This document shows, piece by piece, positions 62,455 through 64,000 of a stretch of DNA of 64,000 bases. Positions within the stretch are counted from its first letter, which is position 1. Each line of letters starts with the position of its first letter. Source of the stretch: an uncultured Thermoanaerobaculia bacterium. GTDB taxonomy: Bacteria; Acidobacteriota; Thermoanaerobaculia; Multivoradales; CAZRFU01. The DNA lies in assembly GCA_964599475.1 (NCBI GenBank), contig CAZRFU010000014.1:9121-73120 (forward strand), given 5' to 3'. The translations under genes were made by a program, and so were the position numbers. A model generated the notes under the pieces. That model was not told where the DNA came from, did no database searches, and was given only the letters and a program-made list of their open reading frames with translations.

Positions 62455-63812
62455 CTCGGCACGACCGAAATCGGTCGCCGCCTGCGCCAGTCGAACGACA
62501 AGAGGTCGGTGCGAACACGCCCGTCGAGGTCACGTGCGCTCGGATAGCCGGCCAGGTGCAGAATCGTGGCGGCGACATCGACGGCGCGGACGCTCTTGGC
62601 GATGCGGCGCGCCTCGGCCCCGGGGCCCAGCAGGAGGAGAAGGCCCGCGGCCGGGTGCGAGCGTCCCCATCCCTGGCTGGGGCGCGGGCTCGAGAACACG
62701 ACGAGATGTTCGCCCGCGCGGCGTTCCGCCCACAGCCGGCTCAAGCTGGCGTCGAGCTGGCGCAGCTTGGCCAACTCGTGCATCTCCGGCGCACCATCGC
62801 GAAACGCAACGGTGGGGCCCAATGTGGTGTCGATCCGCACCATGCGCGCGGCACCCGAAGCCACTCCGAGGTTGAGTCGGTCGAGCTCGACAGGTGCCGC
62901 CGGCCCGGCCGGGTCGGAGGGATCCAGCCCGAGCAGGAGCGTATCCTCCGGCCGCAAGGCACTCCACACACGCCAGAACGGAAGGGTTTCGAGAGCCGCT
63001 GCGGCCTCCCGGAAGCCCACGGCCCGCCACCACAGAGCAGGCAGCAGGGGGGGAGCCAGAGCGATCCGCTCGTCCGATTCGGGCAGGAGCCAACGTCGCG
63101 GCGCTACGTACCCGGAGCGATACGGCAGTTTGCCGGTCACGGTGGCAATCCGCTGGACTTGTTCGCGCGCCGGGCGCAAGGGATCGACCGGCGCAAACGC
63201 GCCGTCCGCAAACGCACCGGCGAAGAAGGGGAGCAGGTCTTGTTCCGCCAGCGGCAGCAGGAGCTCGAGGCTCGCGCCCTCGAGCCACACGACGGTCACC
63301 GGCAGTCCGAGGGTGCTGACCAGGTTCGGCGAGGGCGCGCTCAGTGGCACCGGTCGGAACGTCTCGCGTCGCTCTACCGCCACCCACAGGCTGAGCAGCG
63401 ACAGGATCAGGAACAGCAGCCTACTGCGCCGTCCGTAGGGCCGCCGCGTCAGGGAGTGCAACAGACCGGTGTAGAAGGCCACCAGGCCCAACACGCCGAG
63501 ACTCACGGCGGCCTTCAGCAGTCTGCGGGCGACTCCTGGGTGGATGCCGAAGCCGGCCCACCACAAATGGAAGGCATAGAGCACTGCTGCAACCACCAGC
63601 TCTGCAGCGATCCACCAGGGCAGGTGCCGCAGGCGCTGCTCGGGGCGCGACGTGGCCGCGAGGATCGTCCACGACGCCAGCGCCAAACCGGGCACGAGGC
63701 CGAGCGCCAGGCGCGCTGCGCTCGCCTGTGAGAGGGGCAAGGCCGGGTTCAGAAAGGCGATCAGCAGCGTCAGATGGCATCCCAGAAGGAATCCAGGCAC
63801 AATCGCGGCCAC
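62424..63812 (-). CDS. Membrane protein with C-terminal alkaline-phosphatase-superfamily-like domain (start uncertain; GTG at 63812 proposed)
   Basis: N-terminal multi-TM region and a C-terminal LLLLLGPG...RAVDVAATILHLAGYP...DGR resembling AlkP/sulfatase core ends. The ORF-track start at 63977 would overlap the divergent pyrF start. Confidence 0.4.
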   Translation of the reverse strand: MAAIVPGFLLGCHLTLLIAFLNPALPLSQASAARLALGLVPGLALASWTILAATSRPEQRLRHLPWWIAAELVVAAVLYAFHLWWAGFGIHPGVARRLLKAAVSLGVLGLVAFYTGLLHSLTRRPYGRRSRLLFLILSLLSLWVAVERRETFRPVPLSAPSPNLVSTLGLPVTVVWLEGASLELLLPLAEQDLLPFFAGAFADGAFAPVDPLRPAREQVQRIATVTGKLPYRSGYVAPRRWLLPESDERIALAPPLLPALWWRAVGFREAAAALETLPFWRVWSALRPEDTLLLGLDPSDPAGPAAPVELDRLNLGVASGAARMVRIDTTLGPTVAFRDGAPEMHELAKLRQLDASLSRLWAERRAGEHLVVFSSPRPSQGWGRSHPAAGLLLLLGPGAEARRIAKSVRAVDVAATILHLAGYPSARDLDGRVRTDLLSFDWRRRRPISVVPSYDFLALRSP

Positions 63813-63848
63813 CTGGACGACCCACTCTCGTGCCCAAGGAGGCCCCCC

Positions 63849-64000
63849 ATGTCCCGTGCCAACCACCTTGCCATCGCCCTCGACACGGCCGATCTCGGCC
63901 GACTGCGTACCCTTGCCGAAAGCTTGGGCCCGCGCGTCGGCTTTCTCAAAGTCGGGCTCGAGGCCTATGTCGCTCATGGTCCAAAGGTGATCGAGGTGGC
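63849..64000 (+). CDS. pyrF: Orotidine 5'-phosphate decarboxylase, N-terminal fragment (partial at window end)
   Basis: Translates to MSRANHLAIALDTADLGRLRTLAESLGPRVGFLKVGLEAYVAHGPKVIEV. Not in the ORF track because it is shorter than the cutoff. Confidence 0.65.
   Translation, partial: MSRANHLAIALDTADLGRLRTLAESLGPRVGFLKVGLEAYVAHGPKVIEV

Overview
High-GC (~70%) bacterial chromosomal window with a conserved core and two accessory loci. The core is the replication-origin neighbourhood: gyrA-gyrB-recF-dnaN-dnaA on the minus strand, with DnaA-box-like motifs clustered between dnaA and dnaN. Further along are mutY, recR-ybaB-dnaX with an SRP RNA (ffs) immediately upstream, then tadA, two tRNA-Ser genes and rpmH-rnpA-yidC-jag-rsmG-parA-parB-bactofilin. 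proA-proB-mtnA, ruvAB and ppiD are also present.

Accessory locus 1 (about 1-15.6 kb) is a pgl/O-antigen-like lipid-linked glycan assembly locus. It carries a PglC-type phosphoglycosyltransferase, PglE-type aminotransferase, PglD/NeuD-type acetyltransferase, three GT4 enzymes and a Wzx flippase. It also carries a GT-C (ArnT/PMT-type) membrane transferase, a PAPS-type sulfotransferase and one or two arylsulfotransferase-family propeller proteins, which suggests a sulfated glycan or glycoconjugate.

Accessory locus 2 (26.4-34.0 kb, minus strand) is an eight-gene operon whose ORFs are all joined by 4-nt start/stop overlaps. It is built around a type III polyketide synthase with a visible Cys-His-Asn triad. 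The other genes are an ICMT-family methyltransferase, a stand-alone ACP, a fatty acyl-AMP ligase, a geranylgeranyl-reductase-family flavoenzyme, an MMPL/RND exporter, a small membrane protein and a HAD hydrolase. This is an srs/ars-like alkylresorcinol or alkylpyrone phenolic-lipid pathway with its own starter-activation and export modules, and it is the best candidate for a novel system in this window.

Many ORFs in the supplied track are GC-rich shadow frames and were rejected. A large partial membrane-protein gene at the left edge is absent from the ORF track because it runs off the window. Coordinates read directly from sequence lines (RNAs, motifs) are approximate (+/- 2 nt).
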